Assembly (NCBI GenBank): GCA_963828735.1
Contig: CAWHFW010000003.1
Coordinates: forward strand, 64,001 to 128,000
Direction: 5' to 3'
Source: an uncultured Gemmatimonadales bacterium
Lineage (GTDB): Bacteria > Gemmatimonadota > Gemmatimonadetes > Gemmatimonadales > GWC2-71-9
Length of the DNA: 64,000 nt
The position numbers and the translations under genes are program-made. Every line of letters begins with the position of its first letter. Positions within the stretch are counted from its first letter, which is position 1. The notes under the pieces were generated by a model. That model made no database searches and was not told the DNA's origin. It was given only the letters and a program-made list of their open reading frames with translations. This document shows positions 38,013-46,961 of this stretch, piece after piece.

Positions 38013-39188
38013 ATGAGACTGTCCAAACCCCACGTCCTGCAAGCGATTCCGTTTGTTCTCGCAGTGACGGCGGCCCCGATATCAGCCCAGGACTCCAGGA
38101 TACAGGCCGAGGTGCACGGCCTGGTGCTCGTGAATGGCTTCCTCAACACCGATGCCGTCAACAACAGCGACGTCCCGCAGTTCGTGCTCCCGCCGCCGGC
38201 ATCGGGTGGCCCACCCTCGAGTGCGGCCAGCGCGACGATCCGCCAGTCGCGCGTCACCGTTCGTGCAACGGTCCCCGAGTTCTGGGGAGGCCACCTGGCC
38301 GGTGAGCTCGACGTCGACTTCTTCGGCGGTCAGCAGCCGTCCACCGGTGGGCGCACTTTTCCCCTGCTCCGGCTGAGACGAGCCTTTGCCGAATTCACCC
38401 GCGGCCGCCTCGACGTCTTCGTTGGGCAGGAGGCGCCGCCGATCGTCGAGATCAATCCCTCCTCCCTGGCCAGCATCGGCATCCCCGAATTCGCCGGCGC
38501 GGGGAATCTCTGGCTCTGGATTCCCCAGGTCCGGGTCGGCGCGGACGTCGTGACGGTCGGCCCCGCCCGGCTCGGTCTCGAGCTCACCGCGCTGGCGCCG
38601 ACGTCAGGGGATGCTCAGACCGCCTTCCTCACTCAGCCGGACATCGCCGAGCGAAGCAGCCGGCCCTATCTCCAGGGACGCCTCCGAGCCCGATGGGGTA
38701 GCGGCGACAGTCGAGGCGAGATCAACGTCGGCGGTCACCTGGGCTGGCTCGAGGTGAGGGCGGACAGCCTGGTGACCTCGGAAGCCGTAGCCGTCAGCGT
38801 GTGGACGCCGATCGTGCGGGGACTCGAGCTCCGGGGCGAAGCGTACGCCGGGCGTGCCCTTGCGGGGCTTGGTGGAGGCGGGATCGGGCAGAACTTCGGA
38901 GGCGACAGCACGGCGGTGAACACGACCGGCGGCTGGGTTCAACTCAACCTGCGCCCATCCTCCGCCTGGGAGATCGGCGCCGGGGCCGCGCTCGACGACC
39001 CGGACGACGAGGACCTCGATGCCACCACGCAGCGCCTGCGGAACCTGGCCATCGAGGGACACGCGAGCTGGCGGAGCGCACCGGCGGTGATCGGCGCCGA
39101 GGTGCGCCACTTGAAGACCCGCTACGGCGCGAGCCCGTCGGACGTGGGAGCCACACACTTCAATCTGGCGGTGGGGTTCGAGTTCTAG
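38013..39188 (+). CDS. Outer-membrane beta-barrel protein (DcaP-like porin)
   Basis: Signal peptide; RQSRV, ELDVDFFGG, LRLRRAF, VGQE; alternating beta pattern; C-terminal AVGFEF. Confidence 0.8.
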   Translation: MRLSKPHVLQAIPFVLAVTAAPISAQDSRIQAEVHGLVLVNGFLNTDAVNNSDVPQFVLPPPASGGPPSSAASATIRQSRVTVRATVPEFWGGHLAGELDVDFFGGQQPSTGGRTFPLLRLRRAFAEFTRGRLDVFVGQEAPPIVEINPSSLASIGIPEFAGAGNLWLWIPQVRVGADVVTVGPARLGLELTALAPTSGDAQTAFLTQPDIAERSSRPYLQGRLRARWGSGDSRGEINVGGHLGWLEVRADSLVTSEAVAVSVWTPIVRGLELRGEAYAGRALAGLGGGGIGQNFGGDSTAVNTTGGWVQLNLRPSSAWEIGAGAALDDPDDEDLDATTQRLRNLAIEGHASWRSAPAVIGAEVRHLKTRYGASPSDVGATHFNLAVGFEF

Positions 39189-39320
39189 CTGGCGGCGGGG
39201 ACGGTAAGGAGTCGTGCAGCGATTTGCCGGGCCGCTCAGCCGTGAGGAGCCTGTGCGGGAGTCGAGGCGTGGGAGTTTATGGGCGTGGGACGAGGAGGGG
39301 CACCCGCGCGGTGCGGCGCC

Positions 39321-39989
39321 CTACACCCCGCCCGTCGCCGGCTCGGCGAAGCCTGGCGTGTGCTCCTCCTCCGCGGGCGACTCTGGCACCACGGGCATCG
39401 GCACGTCGAATGGCGCCGTCAGTTCATCGCCCGCCACGCGTGCCTGCACCCGCTGCAGGACCATCTGGGCCACCCCGGCGGACAGCGCGAACTCGCGTAT
39501 GTAGTGGTCGGTGACGGCGTTGACGGGGAGGATCCCCTTGAGCAGCCACGCCAGCTCGAGCGCATTCTCGACGTGCGTGGCCACAACGGCCTCGGCAGCG
39601 CGAGAGCCGGCCATGCGCGCCAGCTCGATGGTGCGCTCGTGATATCGCCGCCGATACCGCTGATGCTCGAGCTGCAGGTCGATTCGCAAACGGTGCCAGC
39701 CGGTCAGCGTCGGCAGGTCGGCCGGCTCGGGCAGCGTCTTGAGGTCGAGTCCCGTGAGCGTGCGCGATCGGACGACCTCGTGCATCGACTCGGGCACCGC
39801 CGTGACGTGGAAATAAAGATCCAGCCCGCGGAGGGCGGCGATTCGGGGAGCAAACTCGGTGACGAACTGGACTGCCTGGCGGGTATGGGTGTCGATCAGC
39901 GCTTCCCAGCTCGTGGCGTACGCGACGCGGACGTGCAGGTGCAGCACGTCGGGGATGCGACGCAGGGACATCTGGCTAGGAACCGTCAT
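39321..39989 (-). CDS. Hypothetical helical protein with an internal duplication
   Basis: 222 aa; WEALIDTHTRQAVQF vs AEAVVATHVENALEL. Confidence 0.75.
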   Translation of the reverse strand: MTVPSQMSLRRIPDVLHLHVRVAYATSWEALIDTHTRQAVQFVTEFAPRIAALRGLDLYFHVTAVPESMHEVVRSRTLTGLDLKTLPEPADLPTLTGWHRLRIDLQLEHQRYRRRYHERTIELARMAGSRAAEAVVATHVENALELAWLLKGILPVNAVTDHYIREFALSAGVAQMVLQRVQARVAGDELTAPFDVPMPVVPESPAEEEHTPGFAEPATGGV

Positions 39990-40122
39990 GCTCGCGACTC
40001 CGCCAGCAATATCCAGTCCGGGGCGGGCGTAGGGCGGCCGCGTCGAGACGAGGCGGCCTTAGCTCGTGCCAACCGATGCTGCGCCCGCTGCAAAACGCGG
40101 GGGATGTGGCAGAGGTCCCCGC

Positions 40123-40569
40123 TCAGCGCAGGGGTTTGGGCAGGAATCGGGCGTACCGCGATTCCCAGACACGGAGCGATTCCAGCGACAGACTTTCCAG
40201 CTCGTGGGAAACCGCCCGCGCGGCGGCGAGCGCCGTCTCGACGTCGTCGTCCCGGGGATCGGCCGAATGATTGTTCAGCTCCGCCACGCCGACGAGAACG
40301 GTGAGCTGGTTGTTGACCCGGTCCTGGAGCATCACCCGGAGCTTCCGGATGAGGCGTTCCCGGGCCAGTCGCGAATGACGGCGCACGGCCCAGATGAGAA
40401 AGCCCTGCAGCCAGACGAGGAAGGTGAGAGCAAGCCCCTGCGTGCCGCGATCCACTTGGGTGAACGTCAGCGTGATCGCGAGGATCACCCCGACCGTGGT
40501 CAGCAGAAGTTCGAAATGCTCGGAGAGGCGGGCCCGAAGGCCGTCCCGCAGCGTTCTCGACGGAACCAC
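40123..40569 (-). CDS. Small two-TM membrane protein with HisKA(DHp)-like helical tail
   Basis: GAGG RBS then GTG; two TMs; MLQDRVNNQLTVLVGVAEL. Confidence 0.75.
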   Translation of the reverse strand: MVPSRTLRDGLRARLSEHFELLLTTVGVILAITLTFTQVDRGTQGLALTFLVWLQGFLIWAVRRHSRLARERLIRKLRVMLQDRVNNQLTVLVGVAELNNHSADPRDDDVETALAAARAVSHELESLSLESLRVWESRYARFLPKPLR

Positions 40570-40662
40570 GACAACCTCGACTGGTATGGCGAACAGGGGA
40601 GCCGCTCTCCAATCTCGGAAAAACCACTCACCTCGTCCAGTGCCAGATTCTCGACACCGTCC

Positions 40663-40704
40663 AAAAAAGCGACCCCGCCCTCTGCAACAGGTGGCGGGGT
40701 CGGC
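40663..40704 (-). terminator. Intrinsic terminator after sigma factor gene
   Basis: CGACCCCGCC...GGCGGGGTCG stem followed by CTTTTTT on the minus strand. Confidence 0.85.
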
Positions 40705-40737
40705 TTTCGGTCAGCGAAGCTACGCTACACGGCCAAG

Positions 40738-41637
40738 TTAGGCTGCGAGGTCCCGCAGCTTGTCGCCGTGCTGCTCGCGGAGCTGCCTGAGCGCCCGGTC
40801 CCGGAGCTGCCGGATGCGCTCTCGCGTCACCCCCATCATCCGGCCGATTTCCTCGAGCGTACGGGACTTCCCGTCGTCCAGGCCGAAGTACAGCCGGAGG
40901 ACCTTCGCGTCCCGGGCGGGCAGGGCCGCTAGCGCCGCATCCAGATCGGTCGTCCGGCTGCTGGCCATGGTCGAGGCATCGGTGCCGTCCTGGGTGAGGG
41001 GCACGAAGCGCTCCATCCGGCCGCGGTCATCCGCCTCGCGGACCGGGTGATCGAGCCGCATGGCCTCGATGTGAAGCGCGCTGAGCGCCCGGACAGCGTC
41101 CCGAGTGAGGCCTGTCGCCTTGACCAGTTCCTCGGTGGTTGGCGCTCGGCCGAGCTTTTCGGTCAGGAGCGTGGTGGTCCGACCGAGCCGGTTGAGGTCC
41201 GCGGTGCGGTTGAGCGGCACGCGGACGGGCCGCCCGTGTCGTGCGATCGCGGCCTGGATGGCCTGCCGGATCCACCAGACGGCGTACGAAATGAACTTGA
41301 CGCCGCGGTCCGGATCGAATTTCCGGGCCGCGGTCATGAGACCCAGGTTCCCTTCCCCGATCAGGTCCATGAGCGGCACACCGCGGTTCTGGAACTTCTT
41401 GGCCACCGAGACCACGAAGCGCACATTGTGCCGAGCCAGCTTCTCCTGGGCCTCCACGTCGCCCCGGAAGGCGCGACGTGCCAAGGCGGTTTCCTCCTCC
41501 ACCTTGAGGAGCGGGATCCGGCTGATCTCCTGGAGATAGAAATCCAGGCTCTCACGACCCTCATCGGCGGCTCGAGGAAGCTGGGCGGCACGGGGACGCC
41601 CCGCCCGGCGGGTCCGCTTCTTGGCAGCAGGTGGCAC
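40738..41637 (-). CDS. RNA polymerase sigma factor, RpoD/SigA family (short, lacks region 1.1)
   Basis: YLQEISRIPLL, RFVVSVAKKF, DLIGEGNLGL, KFISYAVWWIRQ, TLEEIG...TRERIRQ; GGAG RBS. Confidence 0.95.
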   Translation of the reverse strand: MPPAAKKRTRRAGRPRAAQLPRAADEGRESLDFYLQEISRIPLLKVEEETALARRAFRGDVEAQEKLARHNVRFVVSVAKKFQNRGVPLMDLIGEGNLGLMTAARKFDPDRGVKFISYAVWWIRQAIQAAIARHGRPVRVPLNRTADLNRLGRTTTLLTEKLGRAPTTEELVKATGLTRDAVRALSALHIEAMRLDHPVREADDRGRMERFVPLTQDGTDASTMASSRTTDLDAALAALPARDAKVLRLYFGLDDGKSRTLEEIGRMMGVTRERIRQLRDRALRQLREQHGDKLRDLAA

Positions 41638-41771
41638 TGAATAACTCCTATCTATCGAGATGGCACTGCCTTAAGTTCTCCCAAGCTCCGGCGGGAACGG
41701 TGGTTACCATGGCAAGATGACCAGACCGCGCCGACCGTTGCAGCCTTGACGATCAACACTCGACTGGATCC

Positions 41772-44270
41772 TCAAGTTCCCCCGTGGCCGCGCCGTTTGG
41801 TATGCCGAGTCGGAGCGGCGGCGAGCGGATCGTCCGGCCAGGGATGCCTGGGGTACCGACCCTTGAGATCCTTCCGTACTTCGAAGTAAGTAGTTCGCCA
41901 AAACCCCGCGAGGTCACGCGTCACCTGGACCGGTCTTCGGGCGGGTGAGAGCAGATGCAGCGTTACCGGTACCCGCCCGCGGCCCACAGTGGGAGTGGAG
42001 GCCTGGCCGAACATTTCCTGGAGACGAACGGCGAGGACCGGCGCTGTGGGATCCCCGTAATCGACCAGGATGCGCGAACCGCTCGGGACTTGCACATGCG
42101 TCGGCGCCCATTCGTCCAGGCTGGCCCGCTGGGCCCATGAGACCAGATCGAGGAGCGCCTCGCCCAGATCGAGGCGCTCCAAGTCGGTCCAGCGCCGGAT
42201 GCCGCTGAGTCGAGGGGCCAGCCAGACATCCAGGGTTCGAGTGAGGGCCTCGTCGCCGACTTCCGGCCATGCGGGATCCAGATGCCGCATGAAGGCCAGT
42301 CGTGACCGCATTCGCCGGGCCTCCTCGGTCCATGGAAGCCGCTCCACTCCCTCGCGTCGAATCCCATCGAGCATGGCGGCAGCGACCGCAGCTGGATCGG
42401 CGTTGGCCAGCGCCGACTCTTCCAAGACGATCGCCCCGAGTCGGCGGCGCCGACGGGCGGTCACCGCCCTCGCCGTCGAATCCCATGCGAGTACATCCTC
42501 GCGGGTAATGTCGTTGGCGAAATGAGTTTCGAGCTCCTCCCGCGACAGCGGCAGGGCGAGATAGATCCGGCTCTCCGTCGGTTTTCCATCCAACTCGGCC
42601 GCCACCAGGTACTCCTCGCGCGACAGCGCCGCCGCCTCGACGAATGCCCCCACCCCGTTCCGAAGCAGGAAACGCCCGGTAGTCCCGGCCCGCCGCTGCC
42701 CGATCCGGTCCGGGAATGCGAACGCCAAAAGGAGCCCAGCGGACGGCCGCTCCGTGTCACTGGCCGGCGAGCCGTGACCGGCAGCTGCCTTGCACATCCC
42801 TGCTTCGGCCCGGGCGCGCCGGAGGGCGTCCCGGTCGACGTCGGCGCGGTGGCTCGACCCGCGGAGAATCTCGATCCGAAGGCCCAGGTCCGGATCGCCA
42901 ATGTCGGCCGCGCGGCGGAGGACGTCCCGTTCGGTGAGCAGCGCGGCAAGATCGCAGGCGAGATCACCGGCGCCGCCCTCACGGCCTCGAAGGACCATAT
43001 GCGCCAGCCGGGGGTGCAGTGAGAACCGGGCGATGCGCCGGCCGTGCTCCGTTATTCGCCACCGCACGTCGAGCGCGCCGAGATGGACGAGCAGGCGTCG
43101 CGCCTCGCCGAGCGCGGGGGCCGGCGGCGGATCCAACCAGCCCAGATCGGCGGGATCGGCTCCCGCGAGCGCAAGCTCGAGGGCGAGAGGCGCCAGATCC
43201 GCCTCCAAGATCTCGGGCGCCATCCGAGGCAGAAGCGTTGCCTCCTCGCCGCTCGACCAGAGGCGGTAACACGCGCCCGGAGCCTGCCGGCCCGCGCGGC
43301 CGCGCCGCTGATCGGCGGACGCCCGGGCCACGCGCACCGTCACCAGGCGCGTCATGCCGGTTCGCGGCGAATAGCGGGGCACCCGCGCCTGGCCTCCGTC
43401 CACCACCACGCCCACGCCGTCGATCGTAAGGCTGGTTTCCGCGATAGACGTCGCCAACACGACCTTGCGTCTACCGGCGTCGCCCGGTCGCAGAGCGCGA
43501 TCCTGCAGCTCCCGCGGCAGCGTGCCATGCAGCGGAATCACGTCGGCGGCGACGTCATCGAGCATGACCTGCGTGCGCCGGATCTCGGCGGCGCCAGGGA
43601 GAAAGGCCAGCACGTCGCCGGACTGCTCGGCCAGTGCCTGGCGGATGGCGGACGCAACCGCGGCTTCGATCCGGGTGCCAGGACGCGGAGGGAGATGGTG
43701 AGTGGCCACCGGGTAGCTTCGGCCCTCGGAGGTCACCACGGGTGCGTCCCCGAGGAGACGTGCCACCGGTGCACCCTCGAGCGTGGCCGACATCACGAGA
43801 ACTCGCAGGTCGGGCCGAACGATCGCGCGCGACTGGAGTGTCAGGGCGAGACCAAGATCCGCGTGCAGGCTTCGCTCGTGGAACTCGTCGAAAATGACCA
43901 GCCCCACCTTCTCCAGGGCTGGATCACTTTGCAGCATTCGCGTGAGGACGCCTTCGGTGACCACCTCGACGCGAGTCCGAGGTCCGACGCGGCTGTCGTG
44001 GCGAATCCGGTAGCCGACGGTTTCCCCAGGCATCTGGCCCACGGTCTCGGCCATTCGAGCCGCGGCTGCCCGGGCGGCCAGCCGCCTGGGCTCGAGCATC
44101 ACGATGCGCCGATCTCCAAGCCACGGCTCGCCGAGCAGCGCGAGCGGTACGCGTGTCGTCTTGCCGGCCCCCGGTGGGGCCTGCAGGACGGCCGCGCCGG
44201 CGTGCCCTAGCGCCTCGCGCAAGACCGGAAGCGCGGAGTCGATCGGCAGCGGATCCGGGAGCTTCGGCAT
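41772..44270 (-). CDS. hrpB: ATP-dependent helicase HrpB
   Basis: APPGAGKTT, DEFHER, MSAT, ATSIAETSLTI, QRRGRAGR, LLSPARRPVQVTRDLAGFW, GRYPRHPWP. Confidence 0.96.
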   Translation of the reverse strand: MPKLPDPLPIDSALPVLREALGHAGAAVLQAPPGAGKTTRVPLALLGEPWLGDRRIVMLEPRRLAARAAAARMAETVGQMPGETVGYRIRHDSRVGPRTRVEVVTEGVLTRMLQSDPALEKVGLVIFDEFHERSLHADLGLALTLQSRAIVRPDLRVLVMSATLEGAPVARLLGDAPVVTSEGRSYPVATHHLPPRPGTRIEAAVASAIRQALAEQSGDVLAFLPGAAEIRRTQVMLDDVAADVIPLHGTLPRELQDRALRPGDAGRRKVVLATSIAETSLTIDGVGVVVDGGQARVPRYSPRTGMTRLVTVRVARASADQRRGRAGRQAPGACYRLWSSGEEATLLPRMAPEILEADLAPLALELALAGADPADLGWLDPPPAPALGEARRLLVHLGALDVRWRITEHGRRIARFSLHPRLAHMVLRGREGGAGDLACDLAALLTERDVLRRAADIGDPDLGLRIEILRGSSHRADVDRDALRRARAEAGMCKAAAGHGSPASDTERPSAGLLLAFAFPDRIGQRRAGTTGRFLLRNGVGAFVEAAALSREEYLVAAELDGKPTESRIYLALPLSREELETHFANDITREDVLAWDSTARAVTARRRRRLGAIVLEESALANADPAAVAAAMLDGIRREGVERLPWTEEARRMRSRLAFMRHLDPAWPEVGDEALTRTLDVWLAPRLSGIRRWTDLERLDLGEALLDLVSWAQRASLDEWAPTHVQVPSGSRILVDYGDPTAPVLAVRLQEMFGQASTPTVGRGRVPVTLHLLSPARRPVQVTRDLAGFWRTTYFEVRKDLKGRYPRHPWPDDPLAAAPTRHTKRRGHGGT

Positions 44271-44330
44271 GGCGTAATAGAATAGCGGCGCTGGAACCGG
44301 ATGCCGCCCGGAGACGTTTGACGCCCGAGA

Positions 44331-44346
44331 TGGCACGGGCCGTGCT
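44331..44346 (+). promoter_or_regulatory. Possible sigma54 promoter
   Basis: TGGCAC-GGGCC-GTGCT (GG-N10-GC). Confidence 0.5.
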
Positions 44347-44408
44347 CAATGGTCGACCCTCGATTCGTGGCGGTAGCGGCAGACTTCGGGAAGGCAGAGT
44401 GTATCGTG

Positions 44409-44567
44409 ATGTCGTGTGACTACAACGGATGGAACGACGCCCCGGAGGAGGAGCGTGAGTGGTTCGACCAGCACCCGGAGATCTGGGGTGGCCACCTCAG
44501 GGATGCGGACACCCGTCCGCTCAGGGTGACAACTCGCCTGGCTCGGAGAATCCGGCGGTGGCTCTAA
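44409..44567 (+). CDS. Possible small protein (52 aa)
   Basis: MSCDYNGWNDAPEEEREWFDQHPEIWGGHL...RRIRRWL, between a sigma54-like promoter and a terminator; weak RBS. Confidence 0.45.
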   Translation: MSCDYNGWNDAPEEEREWFDQHPEIWGGHLRDADTRPLRVTTRLARRIRRWL

Positions 44568-44596
44568 TCGAGCGCCGAGCGGCTTCCTCCTGATTC

Positions 44597-44627
44597 AGCC
44601 CCGCCCCATGGCGGGGCTTTCTCGTTT
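44597..44627 (+). terminator. Intrinsic terminator
   Basis: AGCCCCGCC-ccat-GGCGGGGCT-TTCTCGTTT. Confidence 0.8.
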
Positions 44628-44758
44628 CAGGGCCTGGCCGTCGCAGGTGATGGTGGTCACGTCCGGCCCTCAGAGGCCGTCACGGCTTTCGGGCGCCATT
44701 TCCGCCACTTTGGCAAGGTCACAGGTGCCCATCGAAACCACGCGACGGAGGAGGCGAT

Positions 44759-44974
44759 ATGCGGAAGCTCGCAGCAGGGTTGGCGATCCTGGCGTTACTG
44801 GGCGGGTGTAAGAAAGCGGACCGCGATACGGGAGCGTTGGATCAGGACCGCGCGGGCGTGGATACGTCCGTCAAGTCCGGTACGGTCAAGGACACCACCG
44901 TCATTAAGGCGGACACGAATATCGACGTGGACACCGTCAGCAAGACGGACCACATCAAGAAGGACACCAAGTAA
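44759..44974 (+). CDS. Small lipoprotein (71 aa)
   Basis: GGAGGAGG RBS; MRK + hydrophobic stretch + LGG-C lipobox; D/T/K-rich mature part. Confidence 0.85.
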   Translation: MRKLAAGLAILALLGGCKKADRDTGALDQDRAGVDTSVKSGTVKDTTVIKADTNIDVDTVSKTDHIKKDTK

Positions 44975-44987
44975 GCCTGCTCCCTGG

Positions 44988-45026
44988 GCCGGCTGGGCGA
45001 TGCTCAGCCGGTTCCACTCCGCTTTT
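44988..45026 (+). terminator. Probable terminator after lipoprotein gene
   Basis: GCCGGCTGGGC-gat-GCTCAGCCGGT then TCCACTCCGCTTTTT. Confidence 0.55.
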
Positions 45027-45125
45027 TCGCCATTCCCTCGACACTTCCACTCAAGTGACCGCGCTCACGGGGTGCCGCTCCGCCCCCTGCTACCGTTCCG
45101 TTCCCAATATTCGCCTGGAGGCATC

Positions 45126-45752
45126 GTGGTTCATCGAAGCAACGGCAGAAGCCGCTCAGCGGCAGCGACAGAGTCCCGGCAAGAGTCCGGACGCCCCAGT
45201 CCGCGACCCCGCACTGGCCAGCGCGCGCCCGAGCTGCAGGAGTACGGAACGATCGCGCGGCTGCCGATCGGGCTCGACGAATCGGTATGCGAGGAAAGCG
45301 TCGAGGCGCTGAACCAGGTCCTCGCCGACACGATCACGCTGCGAGACCTGTACAAGAAGTCGCATTGGCAGGTGGTCGGACACACGTTCTACCAGCTCCA
45401 CCTGCTGTTCGACAAGCACTACGAGGAGCAGAGCACCCTCGTGGATCAGGTCGCCGAGCGGATTCAGCTGCTGGGCGGGATCAGCCTGGCCATGGGTGCG
45501 GACGTCGCCGAAGAGACGCGGATCGCTCGGCCGCCTCGTGGACGGGAGGAGGTTCCCGTGCAGATCTCGCGTCTCCTGGAGGCCCACGAGCAGATCCTGA
45601 CGTTCGCGCGCGAGGCGGCGGGAAAGGCCGACGAGGTGGGGGACGACGGGACCAACGACCTGCTGGTCAGCGACCTCATCCGCACCAACGAGATGCAGGT
45701 GTGGTTCCTGTCCGAGCATCTCGTGGACGCGCCGGTGCTCGACGCGAAGTAG
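45126..45752 (+). CDS. dps: Dps family DNA starvation/stationary phase protection protein
   Basis: GGAGG RBS then GTG; KKSHWQVVG..FYQLHLLFD, DQVAERI, GDDGTNDLL, WFL; basic N-terminal tail. Confidence 0.93.
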   Translation: MVHRSNGRSRSAAATESRQESGRPSPRPRTGQRAPELQEYGTIARLPIGLDESVCEESVEALNQVLADTITLRDLYKKSHWQVVGHTFYQLHLLFDKHYEEQSTLVDQVAERIQLLGGISLAMGADVAEETRIARPPRGREEVPVQISRLLEAHEQILTFAREAAGKADEVGDDGTNDLLVSDLIRTNEMQVWFLSEHLVDAPVLDAK

Positions 45753-45759
45753 CGCGCGC

Positions 45760-46875
45760 TCAGTGACGCAGGAGGCCCATCACCACCTCGATGACGATGA
45801 GGAGGATGATGATGACCTCCAGGACATTGCCTCGGGCGGTTTGGGCCTCGTCGTTGAGCATCGCATAGGTATCGCGGAAGATGCCGAGCTTGCGCGCCAG
45901 GCCGTGACGCCAGGCGTCCTCGCGGAAGAGGGTGAGGGCCGCCTGGTAGATGCGCGCCACATAGACGTCATTGGTCACCTTGAGACCGTTCTCGACCCGT
46001 TCGACGACCTCGGTCGTGTCGGCCACCATGGTGTGGAGACCGGCCAGGACGTGCTCGAACCGGCGAACCAGCAGCGCCGTGCCCCCGCGGCGCGCCAGGG
46101 ACGCGCGGTCGTAGAGCTGGGGGAGCTCGGCATCCAGGTACGCATCGTAGACTCGCAGCTCCAGCAGCTGCGCGTTGGCGAACTCGAGCAGGAACTCGAC
46201 GTCCTGATCGGCCGCGGCGGGCTCGACCACGAGCGCGGCGTCCCAGCTCAGGACCGTGAGGTCGTTCTCCGTATAACTGAAGCGACGGGACAGCAGGTTG
46301 CGCCTGGCGTCCTCCGTCAGCGCGCGCGGCTCGCCGAGGAGTAGCTCGACCAGCGCCGTGTCATCCAGGGCGGCGGGCGCCACCGTGGCTCCCGAGGCAT
46401 CGCAGAGCCCGACCAGCCGGCAGATGGTGTAATCCTCGGCGACGGGGGCGATGGCCGGCCGGACGATCGCCGGACTCAACTGCGAGGTCAGCAGGGACAG
46501 CGCCGGGCCGAACACGCTCGCGAGGTCCGCGCGCTCGAGGGCCCGTGCGAGCGCGACCAGCTCGGCCCAGGCCGCATCGGCCAGGTGCACGCGGAGCCGG
46601 AGGGATATCACCCCAAAGTCGTAGCAGCATGCGCTCATCTGTGCGCCGGGCCACACCGTGTCGCCGGGGAGTGCCACCGGACCCAACGCGAGCGTGAGCG
46701 GCGGCTGGGCAATGACGAGTGCCTTTGCCTCGCCGCGCGTCGGGCGCGTGCGGCCGGTGGCCTGACCTTCGACCAGTCGAGCCGCGTGCTCGAGATCGAG
46801 CGCGTAGCCGACGTCGTATATCCGGTAGGTGATCACCGCGCCGGTGAGGCGGAGCTCGGTGTGAGAGGCGGCCAT
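45760..46875 (-). CDS. Uncharacterised protein with C-terminal TM (RMD1/DUF155-like)
   Basis: YDVGYALDL, YDFGVISL, LEFANAQLLELRVYD, NVLEVIIILLIVIEV. Confidence 0.75.
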   Translation of the reverse strand: MAASHTELRLTGAVITYRIYDVGYALDLEHAARLVEGQATGRTRPTRGEAKALVIAQPPLTLALGPVALPGDTVWPGAQMSACCYDFGVISLRLRVHLADAAWAELVALARALERADLASVFGPALSLLTSQLSPAIVRPAIAPVAEDYTICRLVGLCDASGATVAPAALDDTALVELLLGEPRALTEDARRNLLSRRFSYTENDLTVLSWDAALVVEPAAADQDVEFLLEFANAQLLELRVYDAYLDAELPQLYDRASLARRGGTALLVRRFEHVLAGLHTMVADTTEVVERVENGLKVTNDVYVARIYQAALTLFREDAWRHGLARKLGIFRDTYAMLNDEAQTARGNVLEVIIILLIVIEVVMGLLRH

Positions 46876-46961
46876 GAAGGGAAAGTGCGGCCCGTAGAGC
46901 TTCGTCGCCAGCGGGCACCCTCCGCAGCCGGGCGCCCGCCGCTGCGTGTCGATCCCGCCGT

